DNA from: Candidatus Micrarchaeota archaeon
GTDB taxonomy: Archaea; Micrarchaeota; Micrarchaeia; Anstonellales; Bilamarchaeaceae
Reading direction: 5' to 3'
Length of the DNA stretch: 64,000 nt
Assembly: GCA_043827025.1 (NCBI GenBank)
Contig: JBDRPL010000006.1
Coordinates: forward strand, 14,204 to 78,203
The translations under genes and the position numbers were made by a program. Below are positions 28,819 to 38,212 of this stretch, piece by piece. The notes under the pieces were generated by a model. It was given only the letters and a program-made list of their open reading frames with translations. It did no database searches and was not told the DNA's origin. Position 1 is the stretch's first letter; each line of letters begins with the position of its first letter.

Positions 28819-30267
28819 TTATCTGGTTAATCTGGTTACCCTTCTTTTCACGACTGGCGTTTCAGATGTCGGGGGCGGCCTGATGCGGATGTCACATGTC
28901 CGGTGTCGCTCACAAATCAGTCCTCCAAGAGGGCTGTCTCTTTGTGCTTTGTTTAAACCAATCCGATCGACAAACTGTCCCACAAACTCATGGTGCGCCC
29001 TATAGATTTGCAGGACGTCATTTTCCAGGACATTGCCAAATGTCGATCCTCTGGTACCTGGGCCAAGGCAGGAAATGGTTACGTCTCCATTTGCCCTTAT
29101 CCTAAATCTTGGCAGTGGTGTAGAAACATTCATTGTCTTGCAATAGTTCTTTATCTCCTCAGGTTCTTGATCACGTGGATAATTATAAGAAGCTCTTCCA
29201 TATAAAGAAGAAACAGTACGCCTGGTTGCACGTATAAAATATTCGAGCCCTAGTCGTTGTTCCATGTCTTCCAGTGCCTTTTCTGTTTCCTGAGTTATTC
29301 TTGGGCTGAAACGGGTGTCCCTGGGGTTCGGGTACATTACGTTTGAATATATCGAATGGAGCCCGACATCCATGAGTACTTCAACTGTTTCACGTATTCT
29401 TTCCAGATATCTTTCCCTGTTTTTTATTGCTATTGGGTTTATCAGGTTGAAGCTGAGGAATATGTTCAGGTCTCCGATGTATGGGCCGGATAGCGTTTTA
29501 AGGCCTTCAAGTATTTTCATGCCTGTTTTTCTGTTTTGAGGCAGGAGCCCTGCGGTGGTAAATGAAACCTGCACACCATAATCGGCAATGAGCCTTCTGA
29601 TGATTCCAGAGAGGCTGGTAGGGTACAAAAGCACCTCGCCATCTGAAAGGAATACATCTCGGCTGAATATTATCTCCTTGGAGTCCAGTAGTTCTGAGAG
29701 CAGTTCCTCTGGCATCAATTCGTCAGAGGGTTCTGCTTGGATTGAACAATAATCGCATTTACACCTGCATGTTTCGGCAACATTTATTGAACCTACAACC
29801 ATACCCAGGTCAGGCGAATCAAGTTCTAGCATTGGGTGGATGAAGAAGCCCGTGGCTGCAAATCTGCGCAGTTCTTTTTCAAGGGTACGGAGTTTTTCAA
29901 TCGCATCTTTATAGTCGTATTTGTCCCGATTCCTTTCATTTAAACCTTCCCTGCTTTTTTTCTGAATCTTGCCAAGGTATTTCAAAATTTCTGTTTTCTT
30001 GGTATCCATTGCTTCTATACTGCTGGCAGGATGTGCCTTTGCAAATACTCTTCTCAAGGTGATTGCCAGTTTTTCCAGCAATGCATATCCATCAAGCAAT
30101 TTATGCTTTTCTGATGGCATAAGCATTTGAAATCTTTTAAGAGGGTATTCAACAGGTTGGCCTGTCAGCAGATACATAACTTCCGAATAAAATCCATTGA
30201 ACTCTTGATAGAACTGTGACGGATTCATGTCAAGATGGCTGGGTTTATATCTTTTGTAATCGTGCAT
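28819..30267 (-). CDS. Radical SAM protein with helical N-terminal extension and SPASM/Twitch-like C-terminus
   Basis: CRCKCDYC (Cx3Cx2C), DGEVLLYP, YGRA, RIRANGDVTISC...FGNV. Confidence 0.85.
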   Translation of the reverse strand: MHDYKRYKPSHLDMNPSQFYQEFNGFYSEVMYLLTGQPVEYPLKRFQMLMPSEKHKLLDGYALLEKLAITLRRVFAKAHPASSIEAMDTKKTEILKYLGKIQKKSREGLNERNRDKYDYKDAIEKLRTLEKELRRFAATGFFIHPMLELDSPDLGMVVGSINVAETCRCKCDYCSIQAEPSDELMPEELLSELLDSKEIIFSRDVFLSDGEVLLYPTSLSGIIRRLIADYGVQVSFTTAGLLPQNRKTGMKILEGLKTLSGPYIGDLNIFLSFNLINPIAIKNRERYLERIRETVEVLMDVGLHSIYSNVMYPNPRDTRFSPRITQETEKALEDMEQRLGLEYFIRATRRTVSSLYGRASYNYPRDQEPEEIKNYCKTMNVSTPLPRFRIRANGDVTISCLGPGTRGSTFGNVLENDVLQIYRAHHEFVGQFVDRIGLNKAQRDSPLGGLICERHRTCDIRIRPPPTSETPVVKRRVTRLTR

Positions 30268-30386
30268 TTTTGTTTCTCCTAACCCTATTATTGCAGTGAA
30301 ATACTTAAAAATACATCGATTAACACATAGAATCCCGACTTTCCGATTTCATTGTTTTTTATATCTTTTCTTTCCATTATTATCTT

Positions 30387-30770
30387 ATGGGAATCCTTGA
30401 TCTTTTCAAAAAGAACCGCAGTTTGAAGCAGACGATTGTAATGCGCAATGACCTTAGCATGGGCAAAGGCAAGATTGCAGCACAGGCTTCACATGCTTCT
30501 CTTTCCAGTTTTCTTCGAGTCCGATCTAAATCATCAGATATTGCAGAAAACTGGCTCAATGAAGGGCAGAAGAAAATCGTTCTCAAGGTTGATTCAGAAC
30601 GCGAATTAGTCGAATTCTTCCAGAAGTGCAAGGATGCTGGCATTCCATGCGAGTTGATAATGGATGCAGGTCATACGCAAGTAGCCTCAGGAACAAAAAC
30701 ATGCTTCGGTGCAGGGCCATGGTATGAGAATGAAATCGACAAGGTACTCGGGAAATTGAAACTGCTGTGA
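30387..30770 (+). CDS. pth2: Peptidyl-tRNA hydrolase Pth2
   Basis: KQTIVMRNDLSMGKGKIAAQASHA, DAGHTQ. Confidence 0.96.
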   Translation: MGILDLFKKNRSLKQTIVMRNDLSMGKGKIAAQASHASLSSFLRVRSKSSDIAENWLNEGQKKIVLKVDSERELVEFFQKCKDAGIPCELIMDAGHTQVASGTKTCFGAGPWYENEIDKVLGKLKLL

Positions 30771-31558
30771 TTGACGTGTTTGATTTGTTTGATCAGGCAT
30801 TTTTGATAAAACTGGTTCTTTCTTTCCTTGTTTCAGGAGCCTGGGCAGTCTTTGCATTGAAGATTGCTGAGAAAACAGGGACGAAACTGGGAAGTATTAT
30901 TCTTTCATTGCCTTCAACAACATTATTCGCATTGCTTTTCATTGGATGGATCCAGGGAATGGATGCAGTGGCCCAGGCGGCATCAGTAAGCCTTGGGATG
31001 ATCGGAATTGTTGCAATGTTCCTGCTTATCTTTGTCAAGCTATTAGATAGGTTCAAACTGTCGGCACTTTTGTTTTCGATACTTGCCTGGTTCGTACTGT
31101 CAGTCATTCTGTTGCATCTTTCGCTCGGCATTTTCCAATCTTTTCTGGCAGGCGTGCTTCTTTTCATTGTTTCATTCATTGCGCTCAGGAGCATCAAATC
31201 CAAAACAACCAAAATAGAATCAACGGACATGCAAATGCTTACTCGTTTTATGCTGGTGGGTTCTCTGGTTTCCATTTCTATTATTATCTCCAAGCTGGCC
31301 GGCCCGCAATGGGGAGGAGTATTTGCCACGTTCCCTGCCATGTTCGCCTCTTCACTTTATGTTTCATACAATGCCTATGGCATAAAGTTCACAAAAGCAA
31401 TGGCTGCCAACACAACCTATGCATTTCCTGGTTTCTTTACATATGTGCTTGGAGTTTATTTTCTCTATCCGATCTGTGGACTTGTTTTGGGAACGATCTT
31501 GTCCTTCATAATCAGTTTAATTACTATCTACATATTTAATTTGATATTCAAGAGGTAA
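30767..31558 (+). CDS. Integral membrane protein (DUF3147-like, internally duplicated)
   Basis: About 8 TM segments; G...G.I.SLP and GP.WGGVFATFP repeats. Confidence 0.75.
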   Translation: MIDVFDLFDQAFLIKLVLSFLVSGAWAVFALKIAEKTGTKLGSIILSLPSTTLFALLFIGWIQGMDAVAQAASVSLGMIGIVAMFLLIFVKLLDRFKLSALLFSILAWFVLSVILLHLSLGIFQSFLAGVLLFIVSFIALRSIKSKTTKIESTDMQMLTRFMLVGSLVSISIIISKLAGPQWGGVFATFPAMFASSLYVSYNAYGIKFTKAMAANTTYAFPGFFTYVLGVYFLYPICGLVLGTILSFIISLITIYIFNLIFKR

Positions 31559-31562
31559 GAAT

Positions 31563-32099
31563 ATGCGCGTCCTACTAATTCACGGCTGGGGAGGAAGTGA
31601 TGAAAGGCACTGGCAGAGCTGGCTATGTGAAGAACTGAAGAAACAGAATATCGAAGTCCATTTTCCTTTGCTTCCTCATGCTGATTTGCCAAAACTAGAT
31701 GAATGGCTCACGGCTTTGGAAAAGGAAGTAAAAACATTTGGCGATGATCTTGTTCTGATTGGCCATTCACTTGGCTGCCCAACCATCCTCCATCTTCTGG
31801 AAAAGCACAAAGCAGGCAAAGCAATTCTTGTTTGTGGATTCGCAAAGGACCTCGGAATCAATGAGATAAGGGATTTTGTCAACAAGCCTTTTGACTGGAA
31901 AAAAATAAAGCAAAACTGCAAAGATATCCTTTGCATAAGTTCTGATAATGACCATTACATTCCAATTGAGGTCGCAGAGGATTTGGCAAAGAATCTTGGC
32001 GTGAAATTGATTGTCGAGCACAATGCGGAGCACATCTATGCACCTAAGTTTGGGCCTTATCCGAGAATGCTTGAACTTCTTTCATCTAAAAGGTCGTGA
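31563..32099 (+). CDS. YdeN/RBBP9-family alpha/beta hydrolase
   Basis: IHGWGG, HWQSWL, GHSLG, SDND, H triad. Confidence 0.92.
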   Translation: MRVLLIHGWGGSDERHWQSWLCEELKKQNIEVHFPLLPHADLPKLDEWLTALEKEVKTFGDDLVLIGHSLGCPTILHLLEKHKAGKAILVCGFAKDLGINEIRDFVNKPFDWKKIKQNCKDILCISSDNDHYIPIEVAEDLAKNLGVKLIVEHNAEHIYAPKFGPYPRMLELLSSKRS

Positions 32100-33035
32100 A
32101 TTCCTTCTCAATGGCCTCAGATTCAACTTATCTAATTTTTCCATCTCAATCGGATTAAGCGCAGCTCTCAAGTCTGCCTCTATCAGAACTGCAGGATAAG
32201 CGTAGCTCCTGCTTATCTTTGAAAGTGATTGCACTATTGTTGCAACCTTGTCAAATTCTTTTGTCAAAAATTCTACCCGTATTGGTGTATCATCCCCAAG
32301 AGGCCTCATGTAAAAGAAATAAATTTTTGCTTCCAGATCTTTTAGCACAGGTGTCTTCTTTTCAGAATATGTCATTGCAAATGTTCTCTCATTCTCATTT
32401 AGCATGTGGTGCATCAGTCCGATATCCCCGCAGAACTCTACACCAAACTCATGCGCAAACCTTTTGCTTCTCGTATCTTTAGTTACTCCGATCACCATCA
32501 CATTCTTTGCAAACAGCTTCTTGTAATTCTCAATCGTCTTTTTGTAGTTCTCAAATAGCAAACTCTTTTCATCAGGCCTGTCATTTGGCAAAGGAACAAG
32601 CGATCCGTCAATCATTACAATATCTGGAGAGAATTTATCTACAAGCTCAATTGCATTTTCTATCTCTTCATTCAATCGGATAAGGTTTCGAGAGATTAGA
32701 ACCTCATGTTCGTCAAGAGAATGTGAGACATGTAGTTTAGTTTCAGGTGCAATGGAAGGGTGGTGCTTGCATGAAACCAGCTTCGAATATTGATAAACAA
32801 AACTCACACCAACCGTCTTTGTCAAAACCACGTCGTAGCCCTGTGCTTCGCGCGCAAGCAATCCAGAATCAACTGCACAAATCTTGTAATTCATCTGTTC
32901 CGTTCCTAGCATATGAATCAATTCCTTTTCGATTTCAGAATTAGGATTTTTCGAACGTATTAGCTGCGCCCTCTCATCTATCTTGTTTTCAAGTTCATGG
33001 AGGTAAAGAATTATCTGCTCAATTTGTTCTGACAT
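32082..33035 (-). CDS. nurA: NurA-family nuclease
   Basis: CAVDSG, IDGSL, GVTKD..S, IRVE, YPAVLIEAD.RA. Confidence 0.88.
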   Translation of the reverse strand: MSEQIEQIILYLHELENKIDERAQLIRSKNPNSEIEKELIHMLGTEQMNYKICAVDSGLLAREAQGYDVVLTKTVGVSFVYQYSKLVSCKHHPSIAPETKLHVSHSLDEHEVLISRNLIRLNEEIENAIELVDKFSPDIVMIDGSLVPLPNDRPDEKSLLFENYKKTIENYKKLFAKNVMVIGVTKDTRSKRFAHEFGVEFCGDIGLMHHMLNENERTFAMTYSEKKTPVLKDLEAKIYFFYMRPLGDDTPIRVEFLTKEFDKVATIVQSLSKISRSYAYPAVLIEADLRAALNPIEMEKLDKLNLRPLRRNSRPFR

Positions 33036-33136
33036 GATTCTAATATGGATATTGAATCTAAATAAGTTATCTATACGGAACCCCTGCAGTTGGCTTAATA
33101 GAAAGCTATTAAAACCTCAGAACCTTAACAACTCTC

Positions 33137-33820
33137 ATGTCTTTCAAAGTCGACAGAATCCCAATAGGCATTCCGGGAATTGATGTGCTTATAGAAGGAG
33201 GTTTTGAAAAGAATTCTGCAAATCTTGTCCGTGGTGGTACAGGCACTGGCAAGACAATTTTTTCACTCCAATTTATCCACAATGGTCTTAAGAAAAAGGA
33301 AAATGGCGTTTACCTCAGTTTTTCAGAAACAAAGCAGGAAATCTATACGCATGGCCGTATGTTCGGATGGGATTTGGAGCGGTATGAAAAAAATAACAAC
33401 TTTGGATTTTTACGGTATGCACCGCACGAGGTTGCAAAAGTCGTTGAAGGTGGAGGGGGAACTATTCGTGATTTTATCGAAAGCATTGATGCAAAGCGTC
33501 TTGTCATAGATTCTTTGACTGCATATGCAATGCCGTTCCAATCCGATTATGCCTCAAATCAGTCTATACTTGAATTGTTTGAAATGCTTAGGGATTTGGA
33601 CTGTACGACCATAGTCACCTCAGAAACCAATGCGAATATCTCACTTGCTGACGATGAGAGGCTTGGGTACCTCACCGACGCAATCATTAACCTTTATTAT
33701 GTTAGGAAAGATTCCACCAGAAAAAGGAGTCTTGAAGTTGTAAAAATGAGAAACACTCATCATTCTGAAAAACTTCATAACTATCAGATAACCAAGAACG
33801 GGATCAGTATCAAAAGGTGA
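33137..33820 (+). CDS. KaiC/RAD55-like single-domain ATPase
   Basis: GIPGID.LIEGG, GGTGTGKT, LVIDS, VVKMR.T.H. Confidence 0.92.
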   Translation: MSFKVDRIPIGIPGIDVLIEGGFEKNSANLVRGGTGTGKTIFSLQFIHNGLKKKENGVYLSFSETKQEIYTHGRMFGWDLERYEKNNNFGFLRYAPHEVAKVVEGGGGTIRDFIESIDAKRLVIDSLTAYAMPFQSDYASNQSILELFEMLRDLDCTTIVTSETNANISLADDERLGYLTDAIINLYYVRKDSTRKRSLEVVKMRNTHHSEKLHNYQITKNGISIKR

Positions 33821-33823
33821 ATT

Positions 33824-36058
33824 ATGGAACGCGGACAGGCAAGCACTGAGTTTCTTCTTGTATTTTCCTTCATGCTCGTGCTTATCTTAGCAGTTGTTTT
33901 TATAACTCAGGAACAGGCAAGCAGCATCAGCCTTGTCAAATCACATAATGAAGGTGCGAATGCAGTGAATCAGATACTTTCCGCTGCAAAAGACGTTTAC
34001 TCACAAGGAGAAGGTGCCAAAAGGAAAATACTAGTTCAGATTCCACAGGGCTACGACCCTGCAAACTCCTATGTACGCGATAGAATAATCAATTTGAGGG
34101 TTGTCGGGTCAGATCATTCTGCAATAACCGAGTTCGATGTGCGCGGAACCCTTCCTTCTGAATCAGGAGGCCACTGGGTATGGGCGATTTCAGAGGGAAA
34201 TCGTGTGCGTATTGGAGATGCCATGCTTGAACTGGACAAGAATTCGATATATCTTTTGATGAGCAGCAATTCAACTGCAAGTACATCTTTTTCCATGACC
34301 AATATTTGGATAAGGTCTCTTGACATAAGCGCCAGTGCAGAATGGAATCCAGTAGATGTTGAGATGGATGGACTACCATCTTCATTTTCTCTTGGAGTTG
34401 ACGCATCAAAAAGCATAACTCTTGATTTTACATCAGGAGCTAATGCAACCGGAGAATATTCCGGCCAGATCAGTTTTATTGCAATTGATTCGGAAGGAAG
34501 CACTGAAACGATATATGTCCCAATTATAGTCGAGGTAGTCCCATATGGTTCATTGATTTCCGCTGACATACAAGGACCTCTTGTCACTAATATGCTTCAG
34601 TCCCCTTCACCTGCAATCAAAATGCAGCCTCTTGCAATATTTGCGGATGCTGATGATAGTTCCACTGGAGAAAGCACAATAAAGGGCTGCCAGATCGATG
34701 CAGATAATTCTAATAATTGGCAGAATATGCTGCCTGTTGACGGGACATATGATCAGACTACGGAATCCGTTGTCTTTAACTATACCAGCGGATTTGCACT
34801 AGGTTCTCATGTTGTCAGAGCCAAATGTACGGATTCTGAAGATAACATAGGGCCTACTGCCTATTACTATTTTGAAGTAGTTGAGTCAGATGCATTGGGA
34901 CCGATAGTAATCTCTATGAATCATACGGAATGGCCAACAACCCTTTCTGAAATCGTTGTGGGTGGCGTAGCAACTGATGCATACACTGGCAATAGCAATC
35001 TCGAGAGCTGCAGTGTCAAGGTTGATTCTGGGAATTGGAATGTAGTCATCCCTGTTGATGGGTCTTGGAATTCGCCGACTGAAAATTTTACATATAATGT
35101 AGGCCAGCTGGACGTGGGTTATCATACGGTGTATTATCAATGTACTGATGAATTGGGTAATGTGGGTGGCGTATATATTGACAGTTTCGGAATCGTTGAC
35201 GTTGACTTAATGGTTGTATTGGACAGGTCAGGATCCATGGCATGGTACATCGTGAATGTAACTAATAGTAACAGTGTTTCTGCCTCAAGCACAGGATGGT
35301 CATGGGTCAAAAGCATAGATGTTACTCAGAAGAACGGGGACCTTGCAAATATCACTGCAGAGATTAGGGCAAGCGCAGGAGGGTGCACAGCCTATTTTAA
35401 TGCAACAATTGATGGGGTGACTGTTGCAAATGGTAGCCGTACTTCGACTTCATATGGAAAGGTGGTGAGCAGTGCTGATCTTTCTGGTTATGATGCGCCG
35501 TACACAGTTGATCTTTGGCTGAGGCGTAGTTCTTCTGGGTGTACTGTCTATAACCGTTTTTTCGCATTGCAGCAGCCTCCTCAAAAAATGCAGGCTGTTA
35601 AAGATGCATCCAAGAATTTCATTGATATTGCGGGAAATGACATACAGGCAGGCCTTGTTTCTTTCAGCACAAGCGCAACCACGGATAAGACTCTTGCAAT
35701 GATGACTTCTGCAAACCAGGCAACTCTTAAGGCGGCAATTGATGCACTAGTTCCTTATGGCAGTACTTGTTTGGAGTGTGGGCTTAAATATGCAGCAAAT
35801 GAATTGGTTTCAGCAAGGGCAAGGCCTGAGGCAAACAAGGTCATAATTTTCCTTACTGATGGCGTTGGAAACGTAGGGGATTCAGTTGATGGCGCAGTGT
35901 ACTGCAGGGAACGTGATATCACAGTTTATACAATTGGATTCGGTGATGATGTGGATGATACAGAACTCACAAATATCGCGCTTCTCACAGGCGGGGATTA
36001 TTATTATGCGCCTAATGTTGAAACACTTACTGCAATATTCCAGAATATTGGCAAATGA
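33824..36058 (+). CDS. Pilin-like adhesin: class III signal, Ig-like repeats, C-terminal vWA domain
   Basis: RG|QASTEF class III signal; two D..GP...CTD...N.G repeats; MIDAS DRSGS...T...LTDG, VYTIGFG. Confidence 0.9.
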   Translation: MERGQASTEFLLVFSFMLVLILAVVFITQEQASSISLVKSHNEGANAVNQILSAAKDVYSQGEGAKRKILVQIPQGYDPANSYVRDRIINLRVVGSDHSAITEFDVRGTLPSESGGHWVWAISEGNRVRIGDAMLELDKNSIYLLMSSNSTASTSFSMTNIWIRSLDISASAEWNPVDVEMDGLPSSFSLGVDASKSITLDFTSGANATGEYSGQISFIAIDSEGSTETIYVPIIVEVVPYGSLISADIQGPLVTNMLQSPSPAIKMQPLAIFADADDSSTGESTIKGCQIDADNSNNWQNMLPVDGTYDQTTESVVFNYTSGFALGSHVVRAKCTDSEDNIGPTAYYYFEVVESDALGPIVISMNHTEWPTTLSEIVVGGVATDAYTGNSNLESCSVKVDSGNWNVVIPVDGSWNSPTENFTYNVGQLDVGYHTVYYQCTDELGNVGGVYIDSFGIVDVDLMVVLDRSGSMAWYIVNVTNSNSVSASSTGWSWVKSIDVTQKNGDLANITAEIRASAGGCTAYFNATIDGVTVANGSRTSTSYGKVVSSADLSGYDAPYTVDLWLRRSSSGCTVYNRFFALQQPPQKMQAVKDASKNFIDIAGNDIQAGLVSFSTSATTDKTLAMMTSANQATLKAAIDALVPYGSTCLECGLKYAANELVSARARPEANKVIIFLTDGVGNVGDSVDGAVYCRERDITVYTIGFGDDVDDTELTNIALLTGGDYYYAPNVETLTAIFQNIGK

Positions 36059-36067
36059 GGGAAACTG

Positions 36068-36448
36068 ATGAAGGGCCAGGTACTTACTGAATTTTTGATA
36101 ATCTTTCTTGTTTTCCTATGGCTCATACTCATATACCTCTATGTTTTTTCAGATTATTTTTCATCTTATCACTATAGCGACACCAATCTTCGCATATTCT
36201 CTTCATCTCATCAGCTTGCATCTGCCATAAACTCGGTTTTCATTGCAGGACCTGGGGCATCATATAATTTTTCAGCTGACCTGAACGATTTCGAGATAAG
36301 CATCAATAAGAATAGTATTACAGTGAATTTCGAAAACCGGACAACAAGCAGTGCTTCGCTGATAACTGAGAATGTGGTTTTGCTACACAATGTGAACGAA
36401 CCGGAAATTTCAATAAGGAACAATGGTGGGGTAATTGAAATACGCTAA
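36068..36448 (+). CDS. Minor pilin (class III signal peptide)
   Basis: MKG|QVLTEF followed by a hydrophobic helix. Confidence 0.82.
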   Translation: MKGQVLTEFLIIFLVFLWLILIYLYVFSDYFSSYHYSDTNLRIFSSSHQLASAINSVFIAGPGASYNFSADLNDFEISINKNSITVNFENRTTSSASLITENVVLLHNVNEPEISIRNNGGVIEIR

Positions 36449-36917
36449 AGGCCAAATATGGTCCACAGACCTTCTCATCGCTTCATTGGTGATGTTGGCT
36501 ATTTTTTTCATTTTTGTCATCAGCTGGAACAATCTTGGGTACAATTGGAATAGTTCGCAAATTCAGAACAAAATCTATTTTGCAGCCCTTTTTGCAAGCG
36601 ATGCCCTTATAGCACAGGACAGCGGCAACTGGGAGAACGAGGAAACATTGGAAAATGCAACTTCGTTTGGAATTGTTGGAGAGCGAAATGAATTGGATAA
36701 CAAAAAACTTAGCAGGCTTGCATCTGCAAATTATACTGTTGTGAAGGAAAAGTTAGGTATAGAGGGATATGGATTATTCATTAACATAACTAATGGTTCC
36801 GGAACTTTTTATGTATTCGGGGTCAAGCCAACGAACTACGATCAAACTGTGGTTGTAGAGCGGCTTGCAATCCTTAATGGCAGCGTTGTCAAGGTAAAGG
36901 TGAATGTATGGCAATGA
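36435..36917 (+). CDS. Minor pilin (class III signal peptide)
   Basis: KG|QIWSTD followed by a hydrophobic helix; TTG start. Confidence 0.8.
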   Translation: MKYAKGQIWSTDLLIASLVMLAIFFIFVISWNNLGYNWNSSQIQNKIYFAALFASDALIAQDSGNWENEETLENATSFGIVGERNELDNKKLSRLASANYTVVKEKLGIEGYGLFINITNGSGTFYVFGVKPTNYDQTVVVERLAILNGSVVKVKVNVWQ

Positions 36918-37333
36918 ATCCGGAGCATGCTATGAAAGGTTATATTTTTACACTTGACAGCATGTTCGCCCTCCTGTTGACCTTGACAATTGTCATCCTT
37001 ATCTCGAGCCAGGTTTTCGAGCCAAGGGTTTCACGAGACATGTATCTCAAACAAATATCTGAAGATACATTGACTGTCCTTGAGAAGAGCGGCGGCCTTG
37101 GCCAGTTCGCGACTGGAACCAACAATACTCCTGCGAGGGAAATACTTAGGCTAAGTAGCGAATCTATTTGCATAAAGCTGGAGCTCTATGATGAGCACTC
37201 ACTTAACAAATCAATTGTGAAGTCCAATTGCAATCAAAGCAGTAGTGGAGAGATTGAAGTTTTTTATCGTTTCTATACTCGGGGAAATGACAATTACTTT
37301 GTAAAATCGTATGCATGGTATGCAGGTGAATAA
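36914..37333 (+). CDS. Minor pilin (class III signal peptide)
   Basis: KG|YIFTLD followed by a hydrophobic helix; start 36914 (ATGA overlap) or 36932. Confidence 0.8.
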   Translation: MNPEHAMKGYIFTLDSMFALLLTLTIVILISSQVFEPRVSRDMYLKQISEDTLTVLEKSGGLGQFATGTNNTPAREILRLSSESICIKLELYDEHSLNKSIVKSNCNQSSSGEIEVFYRFYTRGNDNYFVKSYAWYAGE

Positions 37334-38161
37334 ATGAAGGGAATGCTTGTATCTCTGATCACATTGACTATGGTTGCAGTTTTGTTCCTGCTTTGGCTTT
37401 CTACAACAAAGGCATCCATGTATTTTGAAAATGCGCTTTCAGATTCATATCTTCATAGCTATCCTGGTTTTCTCGGAGACGATCTTTTTTATGATGTGAA
37501 TTCCATTGCAGGTCCGCAGATCATTCTTGATAAGGATAATTACACACGCCTTTTCATAAATGAGACTCTTCCAAAATCAAACATCTCCTCCAAGCTCCAG
37601 AACTATGCCTCTTTTGTAAGAAACATAGCTTCCAACCAATCTAATGCAAGCCTTGAACTTGATGTTTCAGGCATTGCGGATGGAACAACTGAATTGACGC
37701 TGATGCAAGATTACCTTTACATCCACAATTGGTCTTCAGGTGAAGTGAATTCGATTCATTTTCAGAAAATCGATTCTGATTCTGATGTCAACACCTATTA
37801 TATCAATGTGACAGTGCCTGCATACAGAAAAAGCCTAAACGATTTTGCATGGATAGAAGAAGGTGACATGAATGCGACATTAATCTATACTGATTACAAT
37901 GGCACAGTCACCACTCATGGAAGCCTGAGCTCTGCTGCAACCAATGATTTTAGACTTGAATATGAGCCAAATGGAAAACTCGAAATAAGGTTAGGCAGGA
38001 AAGTAAATTCAGGCGAACTTTACCTAAAAGCAACCAATGCAACAGTTACAGTCACTCTAATTGCCGTTCTTCCACTGAAGGACAATTCTGCAATGCAATA
38101 CAATGCAACCTTCAATTACAGCCATGCAGATGTAAGAAGGGATTCCTATGTCATGCGATAA
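37334..38161 (+). CDS. Minor pilin-like protein
   Basis: MKG|MLVSL followed by a hydrophobic helix; many glycosylation sequons. Confidence 0.72.
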   Translation: MKGMLVSLITLTMVAVLFLLWLSTTKASMYFENALSDSYLHSYPGFLGDDLFYDVNSIAGPQIILDKDNYTRLFINETLPKSNISSKLQNYASFVRNIASNQSNASLELDVSGIADGTTELTLMQDYLYIHNWSSGEVNSIHFQKIDSDSDVNTYYINVTVPAYRKSLNDFAWIEEGDMNATLIYTDYNGTVTTHGSLSSAATNDFRLEYEPNGKLEIRLGRKVNSGELYLKATNATVTVTLIAVLPLKDNSAMQYNATFNYSHADVRRDSYVMR

Positions 38162-38212
38162 TCCAAATACAAACGCAAAATCAAAAGAAATAGAAATAAA
38201 AACCTGAACAGG

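Noticed and set aside
33137..33820. Circadian clock KaiC
   Set aside because: Single domain, no kaiA/kaiB; belongs to the general archaeal KaiC-like ATPases
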